A DNA stretch of 64,000 bases from Mobula hypostoma. Lineage: Eukaryota. The DNA is taken from NCBI RefSeq assembly GCF_963921235.1, contig NW_026948219.1, positions 806,001 to 870,000 of the forward strand, in the 5' to 3' direction. The translations under genes and the position numbers were made by a program. The notes under the pieces were generated by a model. That model was not told where the DNA came from. It did no database searches and saw only the letters and a program-made list of their open reading frames with translations. Positions 1-13,479 of the stretch are shown here, piece by piece (within the stretch, counting starts at the first letter, position 1; every line of letters begins with the position of its first letter).

Positions 1-1176
1 GAACTGTTTTGACTGAACGGCGTTGGTGGTCTCTGTCTCTATTGTTACCATTTTTGACAGTGTTGTAACTTGAAACAATGACAATGCAAATACGCTGAAG
101 CTCTAAAATGATCCAATGTAAATGCGGTACGTTCAGTATTTAGCACATTTATGGATTATATTCATTAATACGGTTAATTTCACAGTATTTAATAATGATA
201 TTAACAAAGATTTTAAAAATATATTTACAGAGTGACCCATTTCAGTTATGGCGCAGCTACGTGCACGCGCATGTTAGAGGGAACAGAGCTGACACCAAGA
301 AACATAGATACGAATTTGGTGACGGAAGAAACTTGGGAATTGTCAAAGAACAGAAAATGGAACGCTTTTTAATTGAACAGTGCTAGGAGAGGAGAAATAG
401 AAGGGGAAAAGTTGAGTTTACCTTTCAGAAAGAGGGAAGAGATTTTTTTTGGTGGAAATTGGTAAATTTGCAATTGGGCGCTCAGCCGCTGGAAGTTGCG
501 TGTGTGTTTGTGGAGCGACAGGAGTCTCCGGATCACAGCTGTGGCGGCGCATCGTTTATGGTTAAATGGAACCCTACCGCCCGATTTAAATTCCTGTCTT
601 TAGCCGAGTCTCTTTCACCCTTCCCCAACAAGCCGGCCTCGGTGACGAAGCACACGACACTACCAAGTTGTTGTAAAGTCTCATTTGTTTCACAGATGTC
701 CTTTAGGGAAGGAGAATATTGGCCTTTATCTGGATCTTATGTGACTGTAGACATAAGAATCCTGTGGATTGTTACATTAATCCTCTGATCGGGAAAATTA
801 GAGAGGCGCTAATAAAATCAGAACTGCCTGTCATGCTCACTGCCCGTGAACCCGAACAGGAAAAGGGAACAGAATTTCACAAGTTGAAATCAAAGCTACT
901 TACTTTGAGTTTAAACGTTAGTCTACTGCTCACGTGACAGGGTTGGAAGGAATGAGTTTCGCTAATATCAGGAGGTTTTGATAAACATGGATTGCGTTTG
1001 TTATGTCTATACAGTTAGAAGTCTCACACCACAAATGAGAAGACTACAGGCAGTTCCAGTGACAAGTCTGCATGTCCCAGGTTAAATTATTAACAGGGCA
1101 GGAGACGGAGAGGTACGAGACAGCATTTTAGGGATGTTTAATAAACAGCGATTAAAACAACATCAGCAGTAGCTGA

Positions 1177-2187
1177 GACTACGTTCACACTACGCCGGAT
1201 AATTTTGAAAACGCCGCTTTCGAGTAAAAACGACAGGCGTCCACACTACGCGTTTTTCAAAATATCTCCGTCCACATCAGACGGATATTTGGGCGAATCT
1301 CCTCTCACTGGGCATGCGCAGGACACAGAGAAAACAAGTGAAGAGGAAACGGTATACTTGGTGTGTGTTTGTCCAGTTACAGAGCAGAAAAACTTAAAAG
1401 GACTTGCTCTTGGCTCTCGCGCAAGAGGACTTAAAACTAAAAAAACAAATACTGGAGCGTATGGAGGCAGCCGACAGGGAGTTCACGGACAGTATGACCC
1501 GGCTGACGACGAGCATTGAAAAACTGACCAACTCTGTTGTATTAATAAAGCACCTTGTTAAATATATAAAACGTCTGCATCGGTATTTCCATACAATGTT
1601 ACATTAGGTTGTTACACATCTATTGTCAGAGAAGTACTTGCATAAATAGGTAAACCACCTTCATACAGGCAAGGACAGAAAACAGGGCAAAGTGAGTATA
1701 CTTATTTATTCAGTGAGCTATGGGTCAAAGTATTTGGTGAGTACATTTCTAACCCTTCTGGCTTCAGTCTCGTTGCCGTCTGTTCTGAAATTGTCAGGTG
1801 GTTGCGTTCAAGAACACAATGAAATGCCGCGCTAAGGCGATCTGTTCCGGCGCGTCATGACAGCGTTTTTAAATAGTCAAAAAAGCTCACTTTACAATTT
1901 AACTCTCACGCCGTTCACACCGACTGCGCGTTATAACAGCCGTCCAAGCAGAAGCAGAAAAAGTATTGTTGTTGTGGTGCAGTCATTACAGCGTTTTTAA
2001 ATCTCTCCATTTACCCCGTACGCGCTACAACGGGTATTAGGCGTTTTCAGACTTATTCACTCTGGAGATCGTTTCTGAAAATCTCCGTTTTCGGGGGATG
2101 AAAATGCCGTTTCAGTGTGGACAGAAGGTCGAAACGAAGAGAAAAAGTTTCGTTTTCGAATTTATCCGGCGTAGTGTGGACGTACCC
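1177..2187. mobile_element. Non-autonomous PIF/Harbinger-like DNA transposon
   Basis: ~35-bp terminal inverted repeats: GACTACGTTCACACTACGCCGGATAATTTTGAAAACG at the left and CGTTTTCGAATTTATCCGGCGTAGTGTGGACGTACCC at the right. Flanked by TGA/TAG. Internal coiled-coil-like remnant (LLALAQEDLKLKKQILERME...); no transposase visible. Confidence 0.7.
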
Positions 2188-4049
2188 TAGAGACGCGTGA
2201 GGTCTCTGCTTCCGTATAAGTAACGGAAAGGTACTTACCCGGGATACCGACAATTATAATCACTGTGTAACAGATAGTCCTCTCATCAAGCATTGTTAAT
2301 CCAAGGCTGTTAGTATTTACAGTTCTGTTCGGAATGTTCCCAATTTCTAAATGTCATAAGTTGTAAATAGCCAGTAAATAAACTCAAACAGTTATAACAA
2401 AGCCCAGATAGCAGAATTCTTTTGCGCCTACTGGGTAAAATTCTTCACCGATCACACGTTGTTGAGAGTCCACCGTGTCTGAGTGTTTCCGTCCGAAATG
2501 TAGCTGAAGTACGGAATGACATTCTTTTATAGAACAATCGGTTACCAATAATGAAAACACCTTGCACATTGACTGGTGCTAATTACTGCTAATTAGCAGT
2601 TATTTCTCTACTTTAAGGAACCGTAATGCCAATGGGGAAATAACACGCCTTATTTCATTGAACTGGACGCAACACCAGTCTTAAAGCCTCAAGAGACGGC
2701 CGATGCTGGGATTGCAACACCAAGTACGATGTTGTCAAACTACTCCGTGTAATGACAGGACATTATCTGAGCATCGCTGGCGGCGACAGTAGTCTGTAAT
2801 CCTGCCCCTCATCAGCGCTCATTCCACTCCAACATGGAGTCTCTGCCTTGCTATTTCTCAATGTGATGACGCACCTTTAATATGATTCACTTACTTTGCT
2901 CCGGTGATTTTTTTCTCCATATGATACATTAACATTAATGTTTTTTTTTTTTGGCGCAAACCCTCACTGTTTGCACTGTAACCGGAGTCAGTAGTAAACA
3001 GAGATAATGGCGGCGAGAAATGCAAACCAATGACCCCAGCATTACAGACATTGCCGGCTGCTGCACCAGAGACAGAGACAAATAGAAAGCATTGTATCAA
3101 CACCAGTGAAAATGCAAATAAGTACCAACAACGATATTACAGTCACCAGCGGATTTTCGAAGTTGGATTTCAGAAAGAAATTAATTCAGGGAAAAAGTGC
3201 GTATTAAGGTGCTGAACAGAGATGAACTGCGCTGTGGAACATCAATACACGTGCACTGCGAAACATCGGGATATATAAAGCAAGCTATTCCCGAAACTCG
3301 CTGTTCTCGGGTTTAGATAGAGAAACACGCAGAAGTAGGAGACCTGGGTTGTTTGACATTTCATGAAACATCAGATTACAAGAGGAATTCACGTCAATTG
3401 CGGACATCGGTAACAGAGTGTAGGTCCAAAGAGAGACTAATTCGAAAGAACACAGCATTCTGAAACCAGCATCAATAACTGAGGTTTTGGTTGTGCAGTG
3501 GCTTAAAATTACAGCTGCGCAAATATCTGCGTGTCAGGGAAAGGGGATTAATGGTATATCAGGGAGCATTCTGGCAGTAATTCTCGAATCTCGTTGTGTG
3601 CACATGAGAATAAAATGGTTAATTGTGTCGAGGATCTGGATTCTATGAAGGGTCAACATAAGCTGTCTCGACCAGAAAAAAAACAACTGTCCATATTCGT
3701 CCGCAGATGCTGCCTGACATGAAAATTTCCGCCAGCATCGTGCCTGTTGGTTATAGGTTCATTCACAGGGGTTTCTGAGCTTACTCAAGGCCAAATCAGG
3801 GGCCGCCAAATTCAGGAGTTAATTCCAAATTGATTTTTAGAATGCAGTATGTTGTTTTGGCAATTCATTGCCTAACTCACTGGCTAGATTTGCACACAAA
3901 ACGTGGTATATATTTCAGCCTACAACAGACTATGAGAGGAATGGGAAGTGGTCCCATATTGTTGCCACGCCACATCCAGGCTGACGGACGTACATTTCCC
4001 CCCGCTGGAGATCATCCCGCAGTTGCATTTGGTAACAGAGTCACAGAGC

Positions 4050-5460
4050 AGAGAATCATAGAGCAGTACGGCACTGAAACAGGCCCTTCTGCTCATCCGT
4101 CAGTGCCGAAATTACACTCTCGCTAGTCCCATGGGCATTGAATCCGGACCATGCCGTCCATAACTCTCCCATTGCTCTTTAATGTTGAAATCGGTCCCGC
4201 ATCCACCATTTCCGTTGGAAGCTTGTTCCACAGTCTCACGGCCTTGAGAAGATGTTCCGGCGCATTTTGTCCTGAAATATTTCACTTTTCACCCATAACT
4301 GATGAGCTCTCGTCTACTCTAGTCAAACCTCAGTGTAAAACGCCTGTTTGTATTTGCCCTATCTATGCCCTTCACAAATTTGTACATCTCTTTACTAAAG
4401 TTCCCGCTGACTCCAAACGCTTGGGGGAATCGGAACCTATTCCTAACCTACTCGATCTTTTCCTCTAACACCGGTCCTCAAATCCCAGCATCATCCTTGC
4501 AATTTCTCTCTGTACTCGGTCAAAATCATTGATATCGCTTATGCAAGTAGGCGACCAGAAAACATACAATGCTCCCTATCCGGCATTACCAACATCTTAT
4601 ACAACCTCTACAGAGCATCGCAACTTCTGTACTCATCACTTTGATGTCTGAAAGCCAATGCACCAATAGTTCTCTTCCGACCCGATCTGCCTGTGACGCC
4701 ACTTTCAAGGAATTATGAATCGGTCTTACCAGGTCCCCCTGTTATACCGCAGTACTCAATGCCCTACCTTTTACAGTGTAAGTCCTACCACGGTTTGTCC
4801 TCCCAAAATGATACACCACATACTTACCTGTATTCAAGACCATTAGAAACTCTTGCTGTCAACTGCTCATCCAATATTGGTATCATTCGCAAATCTGCAG
4901 ATTCAATTTATCAGCTTATCAGTCGGATCGTTGATATATATGACAAAGAACAATGCACCCAGAGCAACACCTGCGGTACACCAGTAACTACAAGCCTCCA
5001 GTTAGAGAGACCACCATCTACCAGCACTCTCTGGATTCTGCCTCTAAGACAGGGGTATCCAAACGTTTTATGCCGTGGAGTACGACCATTAACCGAGGGG
5101 TCCGTTGACACCAGGAAGGGAAACCCTGCTGTAAGCCAAAGTTGAATCCAATTTACTACTTCATCCACAGTGCCAAATGACTGAACACACCGGACTAACC
5201 TCTCATACCGGACATTGACAAAGGCTTTGCTAAAGTTAACCGGACAAAAGCCTTCATCAGCTTTCCTGCTAACCTCCCTGAAAAAAACTTCGCAATATTG
5301 GTGAGGCACGCCCTAACACGCACAGGCCTATATCGACGAACAATCCCGAATCAGACGCCGTCTGACCAAATACTTACATGTTCGGTCCCTTAGAATATCT
5401 GCGAATGTCGGGTTCAACGCCTTATTCCCAGAGTCTTTCTTAAGTAACAGAATACATTAG
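4050..5460 (-). mobile_element. Degenerate CR1-like LINE RT/3' fragments
   Basis: Minus-strand remnants NFSKAF and WRLVVTGVPQV resemble the CR1 RT motifs DFSKAFD and VTSGVPQG; heavily mutated. Confidence 0.6.
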
Positions 5461-5649
5461 CAATCCTCCAGTTCTCCAGCACCTCAGCCGTGATAAACTT
5501 CGGTAGAACCAACACGTCGGCAGATTGTGAAAATGAAAACATGCTGAAATTTTATTTTCAGTTATACAACAATGAGCCGTTTGCAATTGGTTATCTAACC
5601 TGGGCTTGGACTGCGCTATAAATCTCAGCAATGAGTGCATTATTGATCT

Positions 5650-7480
5650 GGCTGCATGACCACACAGGATGTGGTGGACATTTTGAAAATCATTGGGATA
5701 GATGGGCTCTTGGAGAGAGAAGGCATATACCAGGCGTTACTGCAGGAAGCGAGTGAAGAGATCACTGCGACTTCGTCGATAATCTTTCTGACCCCACTGG
5801 CCACCGCAGTAGCATCAGATGATTGAAGCGCGGCAAATGCTTCTCCTTTGTTTAAGTCAGGGATTGGGGAAAACGCTGGCAATTATCGGCGAGGGAGTCT
5901 TTCTTCATTGGTTAGCGAATTATTGGAGAACATTATGAGAGGCAGAATTCACAAGTGTACTGTATAGAGAAGCGAGGGGTGTTTAAAATTCGGTCAGCAT
6001 GGAATTCTAAGGGGGTTCATTAGTCAGACTGATTACTTTGAATTAAGAAGGATAGTATATCTACGAGAGATCGCTGCCCCTTGCGTCTGTACTTCAGAAA
6101 GGCGTTTGATAAGTTCCCCATGGCAGACTCGCTCAGCACGTCACGAGCCATGAGATTCAGGCAAACACAGGTGAACACAGAAACGACCTGCCCATGGATT
6201 GCGCAGTGTGCTCGGAGATGTAACACATGCTGCCGGGAGGTCGGTGACCAGTGGATTCTCACTGGGATCAGTTCAGAGAGCTCTTCTCTTTGTCATTTTT
6301 ATAAGTCACCTGGATGAGGAAATGAAAGGCTGGGTTAGTAGAGTATCCACTGGCACGAAGGAAGTTGGATTTCCTGTCGGAAGTTACTGGAGTTTACAAG
6401 GGGACATGGAGGGGATGAGGAGCTGGGATGCCACGTGGAGTTCACCCCGGAAACGTGTGAAGTGATTCACTCTGGGAGGTGGAATGTGAGGCAGAAAACA
6501 GGGTTAGTGACTGGATTCTTACTTAGCACCGCGGAGAGACAGAGGGACGATCGGCACCAGTACAAAGTACAGGCTTTTCCTATTTTTCTAAATAGACTGC
6601 TTCTTCTTCTGAACTCCTTCGATTGCCGCCTGAAATTTCCCTCTTGAGAGTGTTTTTTTTTGGGCGAACTGAGCGATTTGGCGTTTCTGCAGGGTTTTCG
6701 GCCCCATGCTGCAAGGTTCGATGGCCTTGGCGGTTCTTGGTTGTGGACTCACTTTAGGCTGCAATGTGATGCTTAGTGCCCTCAGTATTGAACCTGCTTT
6801 ACTATTTCCGTTATTTAATCGAGGCGCTTCGGCTCGGAACTGTACCTGCCGCTGTAGCCGGCAGCATTGACACAGTCCCGAACCGACTGAGTCAGTGGCC
6901 GTGGCGGCAGACATCGGCTGCTGGACCGGCTACACCCGGCTCTGCGGCTCCTGGCTGAGGACTCAATTTTGGGGACTCTGCATTTTGATTTTGAATATCC
7001 CGTTTTATTTTGCTAGCTTTCTGTTGGTTTGCGCAATTTGTTCTTTCACATATTTGATGGTCTTGTTCTCTGTGTTTTTGATTTCTTTAACCGGGTTCTT
7101 TGCTCTGTGGCTGCCTGCAAGCAGACGAATCTCAGGACTGTGTACACACTTTGATGATAAATGTACTCTGAACTGTGAATAAGTTGGGAGCAATGTTAGG
7201 AAGGCCTGCTGGCCTTCATTTGTCGGGAACCGAGGTCAAACGTGGTGAGAAAATGTTGCAGATCTATAACGCACAGGTTGGACCACACTTGAAATGTTGT
7301 GTTTAGGAAAAACGGTGGAAACGTGAAAGTGGGTGAAGAGAAGATTTACCGGGATACCACCTGGGCGACACACGCTGAGCTTTACAACCAATAAGTGTTT
7401 GTGAATTCAAAGGCGCTGCCTGATCCTGTGATGGAGGTGGGTTCACCAGGTGTTTTCAAAGGTAACTGCATACAGAGATG
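5650..7480 (+). mobile_element. Degenerate CR1-like LINE RT fragment interrupted by a short element (~6590-7180)
   Basis: YFRKAFDK, SVTSGFSLGS and LLFVIFISHLDEE motifs. The insert ends in TTTGATGATAAATGTACTCTGAACTGTGAA, which resembles a LINE/SINE tail. Confidence 0.55.
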
Positions 7481-7861
7481 GCGGGCGATTTATGTGCAGA
7501 TATCGATCCCAAAGTTAACGAGACGGCTCCACTAATAGTCAGCGGAAAGAAGGTAAGGCCATCACGAGTAGGAGCAGAATTAATCCAGTTCGCCCATCAA
7601 GACTGCTCCACCATTTTATCATGGCTGATCCAATTTTCCTTTCAGCCCCAGTGTCCTGCTTTCTCTTTCCATGATCTGCACAATGAAGAATCTATCACTT
7701 TCCGTCTTACATATACATAAAGACTTGGTCTCCACAGTTGGCCGTGGCAAAGAACTACAGAGATTCACAACTCTCTGGCTAACGAAATTAATTCTGTTCG
7801 GCGTTCTACAAAGACGCTCCTCTATTCTGGGGCAGCGTCCTCTGGTCCTGCACTCTCCCAC

Positions 7862-8366
7862 CATAGAAATTATCCATCCCACATCCATTCATATAAATTA
7901 TCCATCCCACATCCATTCATAGAAATTATCCATCCCACATCCATTCATAGAGATTATACACCCCACATCCAATCATAGAGATTATCCACCCCACATCCAA
8001 TCATAGAAATTATCCATCCCACATCCATTCATTGAAATTATCCATCCCACATCCAATCATAGAAATTATCCACCCCACATCCATTCATAGAAATTACCCA
8101 CCCCACATCCCTTCATAGAAATTACCCTCCCCACATCCAATCATAGAAATGATCCATCCCACATCCATTCATAGAAATTATCCATCCCACATCCATTCAT
8201 AGAAATTATCCACCCCACATCCATTCATAGAAATTACCCACCCCACATCCATTCATAGAAATTACCCACCCCACATCCATTCATAGAAATTATCCATCCC
8301 ACATCCATTCATAGAAATTATCCACCCCACATCCATTCATAGAAATTACCCACCCCACATCCATTC
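7862..8366. repeat. 28-bp minisatellite (~18 copies) inside a minus-strand CR1 3' fragment
   Basis: Unit CATAGAAATTATCCATCCCACATCCATT repeated in tandem; CR1-like sequence continues on both sides. Confidence 0.9.
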
Positions 8367-8875
8367 TGTCAAGACCTTTCACCATTCGTTACGTTCCAAT
8401 GACGTCACACCCCATGTCTCTGAATTCCGGTGAACACCGGGCCAGAGCCAACAGACCCTCCGTACATGACGAGCCATTAATGCCTGAAATCATTTTTGTA
8501 AAACAGGCTTGAGCCCTCTCTAGTTTCGGCTCATCCTTTCTAAGCGAAGCAGAGCAGATCTGCTCACAACACTCAAAGTGCAGCCTTAACAGTGCTTTAT
8601 AAAGTCTCGACCTTATATTAGATGGGGCGAGTGATCTCTTTCCATAGCGTTCACTGAGTTATTTCTGTGGTGGTCAGGGAAACTGGTTTCCCAAAGAATG
8701 GTCCTCCCTCTTTCCTCCCTTTCCCCATTCCAAATCAGAGGATTCTCGCCCTTATCGCTTTGTTAAACCTAACTTGTGCTGATACAATCAACGTTGACTT
8801 TCACTGCCCACGGGAAACTGCAGAATGACGCGCGAAGCAGCACCGGGTCAAAATGCCGAAAGGCATCCTCCCGGG

Positions 8876-9010
8876 GATTCACTGATATCGGACCCGAGGG
8901 AGAGGTGTGCGGTCACGTAGATGAGTGAGAGTGGGCAGTGAGTGTGTGGATTCACAGGTATCGGACCCGAGGGAGCGGTGTGCGGTCAGTTAGATGAGTG
9001 AGGGTGGGGG
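8876..9010. repeat. Two-copy tandem duplication (~70 bp)
   Basis: GATTCAC...TATCGGACCCGAGGGAG.GGTGTGCGGTCA..TAGATGAGTGAG occurs twice. Confidence 0.75.
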
Positions 9011-9249
9011 TGTGCTCTGGGTTGCTGTTCGTGTGGATGCTTCTGGTGGGTGTTGTGGTTCTGTGGTTGTTGAGCAATGGGCGTCTGCTGAGCGTGAGGG
9101 GTCAGATGGGGGCTGTGGGAGCGGCTGATGTGCCGTTATGGGCCCACAGAATCAAGATTAGGTACCCTGGTCTTGTGTTGCTGCACAAGCCAGTGCGGGA
9201 GCGGAGATGCAGCTTCAGTGCTGGTGGGCTGGTATGAGAATGGCTTCAG

Positions 9250-10165
9250 GGTCTGACCGGTGAGGTATGGGCTGGGTGGTGTTCGATAGAGGTCTGCGGT
9301 CAGACCATGGAGGGAATTTTCATGTAGTGCTAGAGTCGAGGGCCAGCGGGCACAACCTCAGATAATGACGTCCCTTCAGAAAAGGACGAGAAGCAATTTC
9401 TGTAGACAGAAAGTTATGGATTTGTGGAATTTATTGCCACGGATAGCTTGAAGGGCAAGTAACTTGGCATATTTAAAGCGGCGTTTGAGGAGGTGGACAG
9501 GTAGTAAGGATGTCAAATGCGACGAGAAGGCAGGGGAATGGAGATGAGAGGAATGATATGTATGACCATGAGGCTATAAGACATAGGAGCAGAATTAGGC
9601 CGGATGGCCCATCCAGTCTGCTTCGCCATTCAATCACGGCTGATCCTTTTTTTTTTAACTCCTCATGAACTCCAGTTCCCAGCCCTCTGCACGTAACTTT
9701 GGTGCCATCTCCAATCAAAAACCTACCAATCTCTGCCTTAAATACGCCCGACGACATGGCCTCCACAACTGGATGTGGCAATAAATTCCACAAATTTGCC
9801 AACCTTTGACCAAAGAAATCTTTTTTTGAAAGGGCGCACTTCTATCCTGACTCTGTGCTCTCTCGTTCTAGCCTCTCCCACCATGGTAAGCACCCTTTCC
9901 ACATCTACTCTGGCTAGTTCTTTCAACGTTCAAATAGTTTCAGTGAGATCCCCTTCTCACCCTTCTGAATTCCAGCCAGTAGAGTCCCAGAGCCATCAAT
10001 TATCCTTGTGAACGTCCTCCAGACTCTCTCCAATGCAGCACATATTTCTAAAGATGAGGGACTCAAAACTGTTCACAAAACTCAAGGTGAGGAGTCAGCC
10101 GTGATCGAATGGCGGAGATCGGTCAGCCGAATAGCCTAATTTTATTCCTATATCTTGTGGTATTG
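9250..10165. mobile_element. Nested CR1-like 3' fragments in both orientations
   Basis: Minus-strand LWNLLPHPVVEAMS and RVDVERVLTMVGEARTR inside a plus-strand CR1 3' end. Confidence 0.6.
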
Positions 10166-10310
10166 AGGCCAAATTTAGTAATAAATTAATGATGAATATT
10201 GCTTTTCATGACCCACATAACGAACTATCTGGCGTCCCTGTGACAAAATTTGGAGGCTTGAACGTTTTAAAGTGACAGTTTCAAAGGTGGTCCCCCCGAT
10301 TCACATGTCA

Positions 10311-10392
10311 CGACGAGGATGGGATTCGAACACACGCGTGCAGAGCACAATGGATTAGCAGTCCATCGCCTTCACCTCTCGGCCACCTCGTC
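10311..10392 (-). tRNA. tRNA-Ser(GCT), variant copy
   Basis: Reads GACGAGGTGGCCGAGAGGTGAAGGCGATGGACTGCTAATCCATTGTGCTCTGCACGCGTGTGTTCGAATCCCATCCTCGTCG. This is near-identical to vertebrate tRNA-Ser-GCT with a long variable arm. Two D-loop changes and a T-stem T:C mismatch mean it may be non-functional. Confidence 0.85.
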
Positions 10393-11249
10393 TGCTCTTC
10401 TCTCTCTTGTGTTCCGAAGTTCTGAATATTTTCACAGCATTTAAAACTTCTGCTTAAGGTCCACACATGTGTTCAGCTTCTATGCCGATTTACTTTGCTC
10501 GCCGTGCTCACCAGAATTCATGGAGCTGGATAAGGACAGTTTACAGAGATATGTGCCAACCACAGGAAACATGGAAATAGTTATTTTATGCACGTTAGAC
10601 GCTATGGACGTGCTGTGGCATAAGTATCGATTCCGTGCTCTGTAACTCGAAGAAATTGTGAATGTTTTCATGTTGAATTAAATAAAATTTCAACGGCTTC
10701 GTTAATATATGTGCTCGATTTCAAGTACACTGATATAAGAGGAATTTGCCATCTGGTTCGAGAATGACGACTTTCCGTGTATTGGACAAATGCGATAACC
10801 CGATAGCTCCCACATTACAGACGCGCTGACGGCACGCCCGGCTGTGCGCAGCCGCAGATCCGAAAACCCTAACACTTACCCGACACAAACACGTGGCTGC
10901 TCGGCTCTGGAATACGAAACCAACGGCTGAGATATCTAAAAAGAGATCGAGTTCACTCTATCAGTAATGTATTGAATGTGGTGGACCATTTCCTCTTATT
11001 CCAATCCCAGAATAAAAAGCCGCTGCAAAAGACAGTGGGGTGTGCCTTTGACAATTCCTTTCTGTGTGATAGAAACAGAATATTAAACAGCCCAGAGCAG
11101 GAATGAATGGAGAGATATTGACAACAGTGGTCGAATATTCACCTGGAATGAAATCACTGCGTGCAAGTACTTTTAGCTCGGTGAGGAAATCATTCTACGC
11201 GTGCAAATTCCTTGCAGCAGTCTGCATGTTCCCCATTCTCACAGAATAC

Positions 11250-11338
11250 GGCCGTGTGGCCTAATGGATAAGGCGTCTGACTTCGGTGCTTGATCAGAAG
11301 TCATCAGAAGATTGCAGGTTCGAGTCCTGCCACGGTCG
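11250..11338 (+). tRNA. tRNA-Arg(TCG) with a 16-nt intron (11287-11302)
   Basis: Exons GGCCGTGTGGCCTAATGGATAAGGCGTCTGACTTCGG / ATCAGAAGATTGCAGGTTCGAGTCCTGCCACGGTCG match vertebrate tRNA-Arg-TCG and all stems pair. The insert TGCTTGATCAGAAGTC lies one base 3' of the anticodon. Confidence 0.85.
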
Positions 11339-11714
11339 CTTTGACAAACTGGCGGATTCGGTTCCATTCTGTCTCTCACTCTCTGCAGCATGGTTGTCTC
11401 AATTCCGTGTGGGGATTAATCGGAGTACAGCACCCTCCGGAAAAACGTAACGCCTAGACTTCGTTGTATGTAACATATAATATTATGCGTCTATTCTGTG
11501 TGTATTTCTGCAGACACTTTCATAGTCAATTGGTTGGAGCTTCTCAGACGCTCAGGAGGAGCTGCTGCTGGGAAGGTGAAGTTTATTTCACATTCAGCTC
11601 CGTCTCCGAGCCCGCCTTATCGGCAAGAATTCACCACCCAGCACTGACGGTACATTCTGCTGTCTCAAACCCTTCTCCTCTTCCTGGTTCTCTCCCTGCT
11701 CTGAGATATCTTCA

Positions 11715-12635
11715 TCACTAATTGCCAACGAGACATCAACCGCCTCAACACCAGGAATCCTCACTTCTCCTCGAACTTCACCCCCTCTGAATACACTGCA
11801 CCTTCAATCTCTCAGCACCAGTCCAAACCTTACCAACAATCCCGCAGACAGGGTGCTGCTGTTGTAGAGTGGCGGACTGACCTCTGCCTTGCTGAGACAC
11901 GGCGGTACCTCTCAGACACATCCTCATGCCTACACCTCGAATAATCCCGACTCCGAACGATCAGAGAACTGTCTCCGACATTATCACTGACATCACCAAC
12001 TCTGGAGAACCTCCATTCTCTGTGGAAAACTCCTGGCTCCGTTTCCCTGAACTGCTCTCTTCTACCTCCTACTCGATTCACAAGTCTGAATGTCCGGGTA
12101 GATCCATTATCTCTGCCCGCTCCTGCCCCTCTGATCCTGTGGTCTCATCGCTCCAGTCCATCCTATGCCCCATACTTCAGTCCCTTCCTACCTGCATTCC
12201 CGACCCTTCCCGTGCTCTCGATTCCCTCACTAGCTTTCAGTTCCGAGGCCCTGACCGTCTCATTTTCTCCATGGATGTCCATTCCCCCTTTTAAAAGGCC
12301 CTTAAAGCTCTCCACATTTCTCAAGGAAAACCAGCCAATTCCCCTCCATCATCACCATCCACCGTCTGACAGAACCGGTCCTCACCTCAACAGTTTCTCC
12401 TCCGCCTCATCCCACTTTCTCCAGATTCAGTGTGTAGCCATGGACGCTCGCATAGGTCCCGGATATGTCTCCTTTTTCGTTGCCTAAGTAAAACAATCCA
12501 TGTACCAAACCTTCCCCGGTAATGCACCCCAACACTTCCACCGCTGCATCGACGAATGTATTCTGCCGCTTCATGCGCTCACGCTGAGCTCGACATTTTC
12601 ACCCACTTTGCCTCCAACTTCCACCCTGCCCTGAA
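11715..12635 (+). mobile_element. Penelope-like element RT fragment (degenerate)
   Basis: Frameshifted remnants of PADKG, PGRSIIS, FSMDVHS, VAMD..IGPGYVSFFV, CIDEC (YIDD-like) and FASNFHPALK. Confidence 0.75.
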
Positions 12636-12639
12636 ACGT

Positions 12640-13030
12640 CTCACTCAATGCGAGCAAGACGATGGAAGCAGACACCAGAGGGTCCATGTGCCAGTCCTCA
12701 TCGGAGGATCAGAGAGGGAGAGCAACTTCAAATTCCCGAACATTACTATTTCAGTGGATTTGTCCTGTACCCATCACAAGTGCAATTGCGAAGAAAGCAC
12801 GGCAGCGCCTCTGGTTTCCTAGGAGCTTGCGGAGATCGGCATGACATCTAAAACCTTGACAAATCTCTGTCGATGTGTGATGCAGAGTGTAGTGACTGGC
12901 TGCATCATGGCTTGGTGTGGAAACATCAATGTCTTTAAACGTAAGTTCCTGCAGAATGTTATGGATTCTGCCCGGTACATGTCCGGTAAATCTCTCTCGC
13001 CCCTGAGCACATCTCTGTCTGGGGACTTTG
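12640..13030 (+). mobile_element. Rex1/Babar-like LINE 3' fragment
   Basis: KKARQRLWF.RSLRR and TLTNLCRCVMQSVVTGCIMAWCGN; homologous to the copy at 36670-37191. Confidence 0.7.
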
Positions 13031-13479
13031 CCATTGCTCATTTGGTGGGTGGTGGGCGCTGATGCTTTTTGCTGAAACGTGGCGGGGGTTGGGGGATTGA
13101 TCCTGTGCTGCTGATTGTATTGTTTCATTATTCTCCTCAACCCCCATTACCTGTTCTGCCCGTCACCCTCGAAACCCTGACTGATCAGAAACCTATCAAC
13201 TTTTGTTTTATAAAATCCCAGTTGCTCCACCTTTACAGCCGCCCATAGCAATGAGTTCCCCAGATTCACCACTCTGATGGCAGAATTTTATCCTCAGCTT
13301 TCTTCTAAAGGGGCACCCTTCAATTCTGAGTCAGTGCCATCTGGTCCTAGACTCCCTTTACTACGTGAATTATTCCCACCACATCCACACTGTCACCGTC
13401 TTTCAATATTCTATACTTGTCAATAATACGCACCCACATTTATCAAACGCCTCTCACCCGCAAACCCTTTAATTTCGGG

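Noticed and set aside
10745-10810. Possible very decayed minus-strand tRNA-Val remnant
   Set aside because: Only scattered short matches; no cloverleaf can be built.
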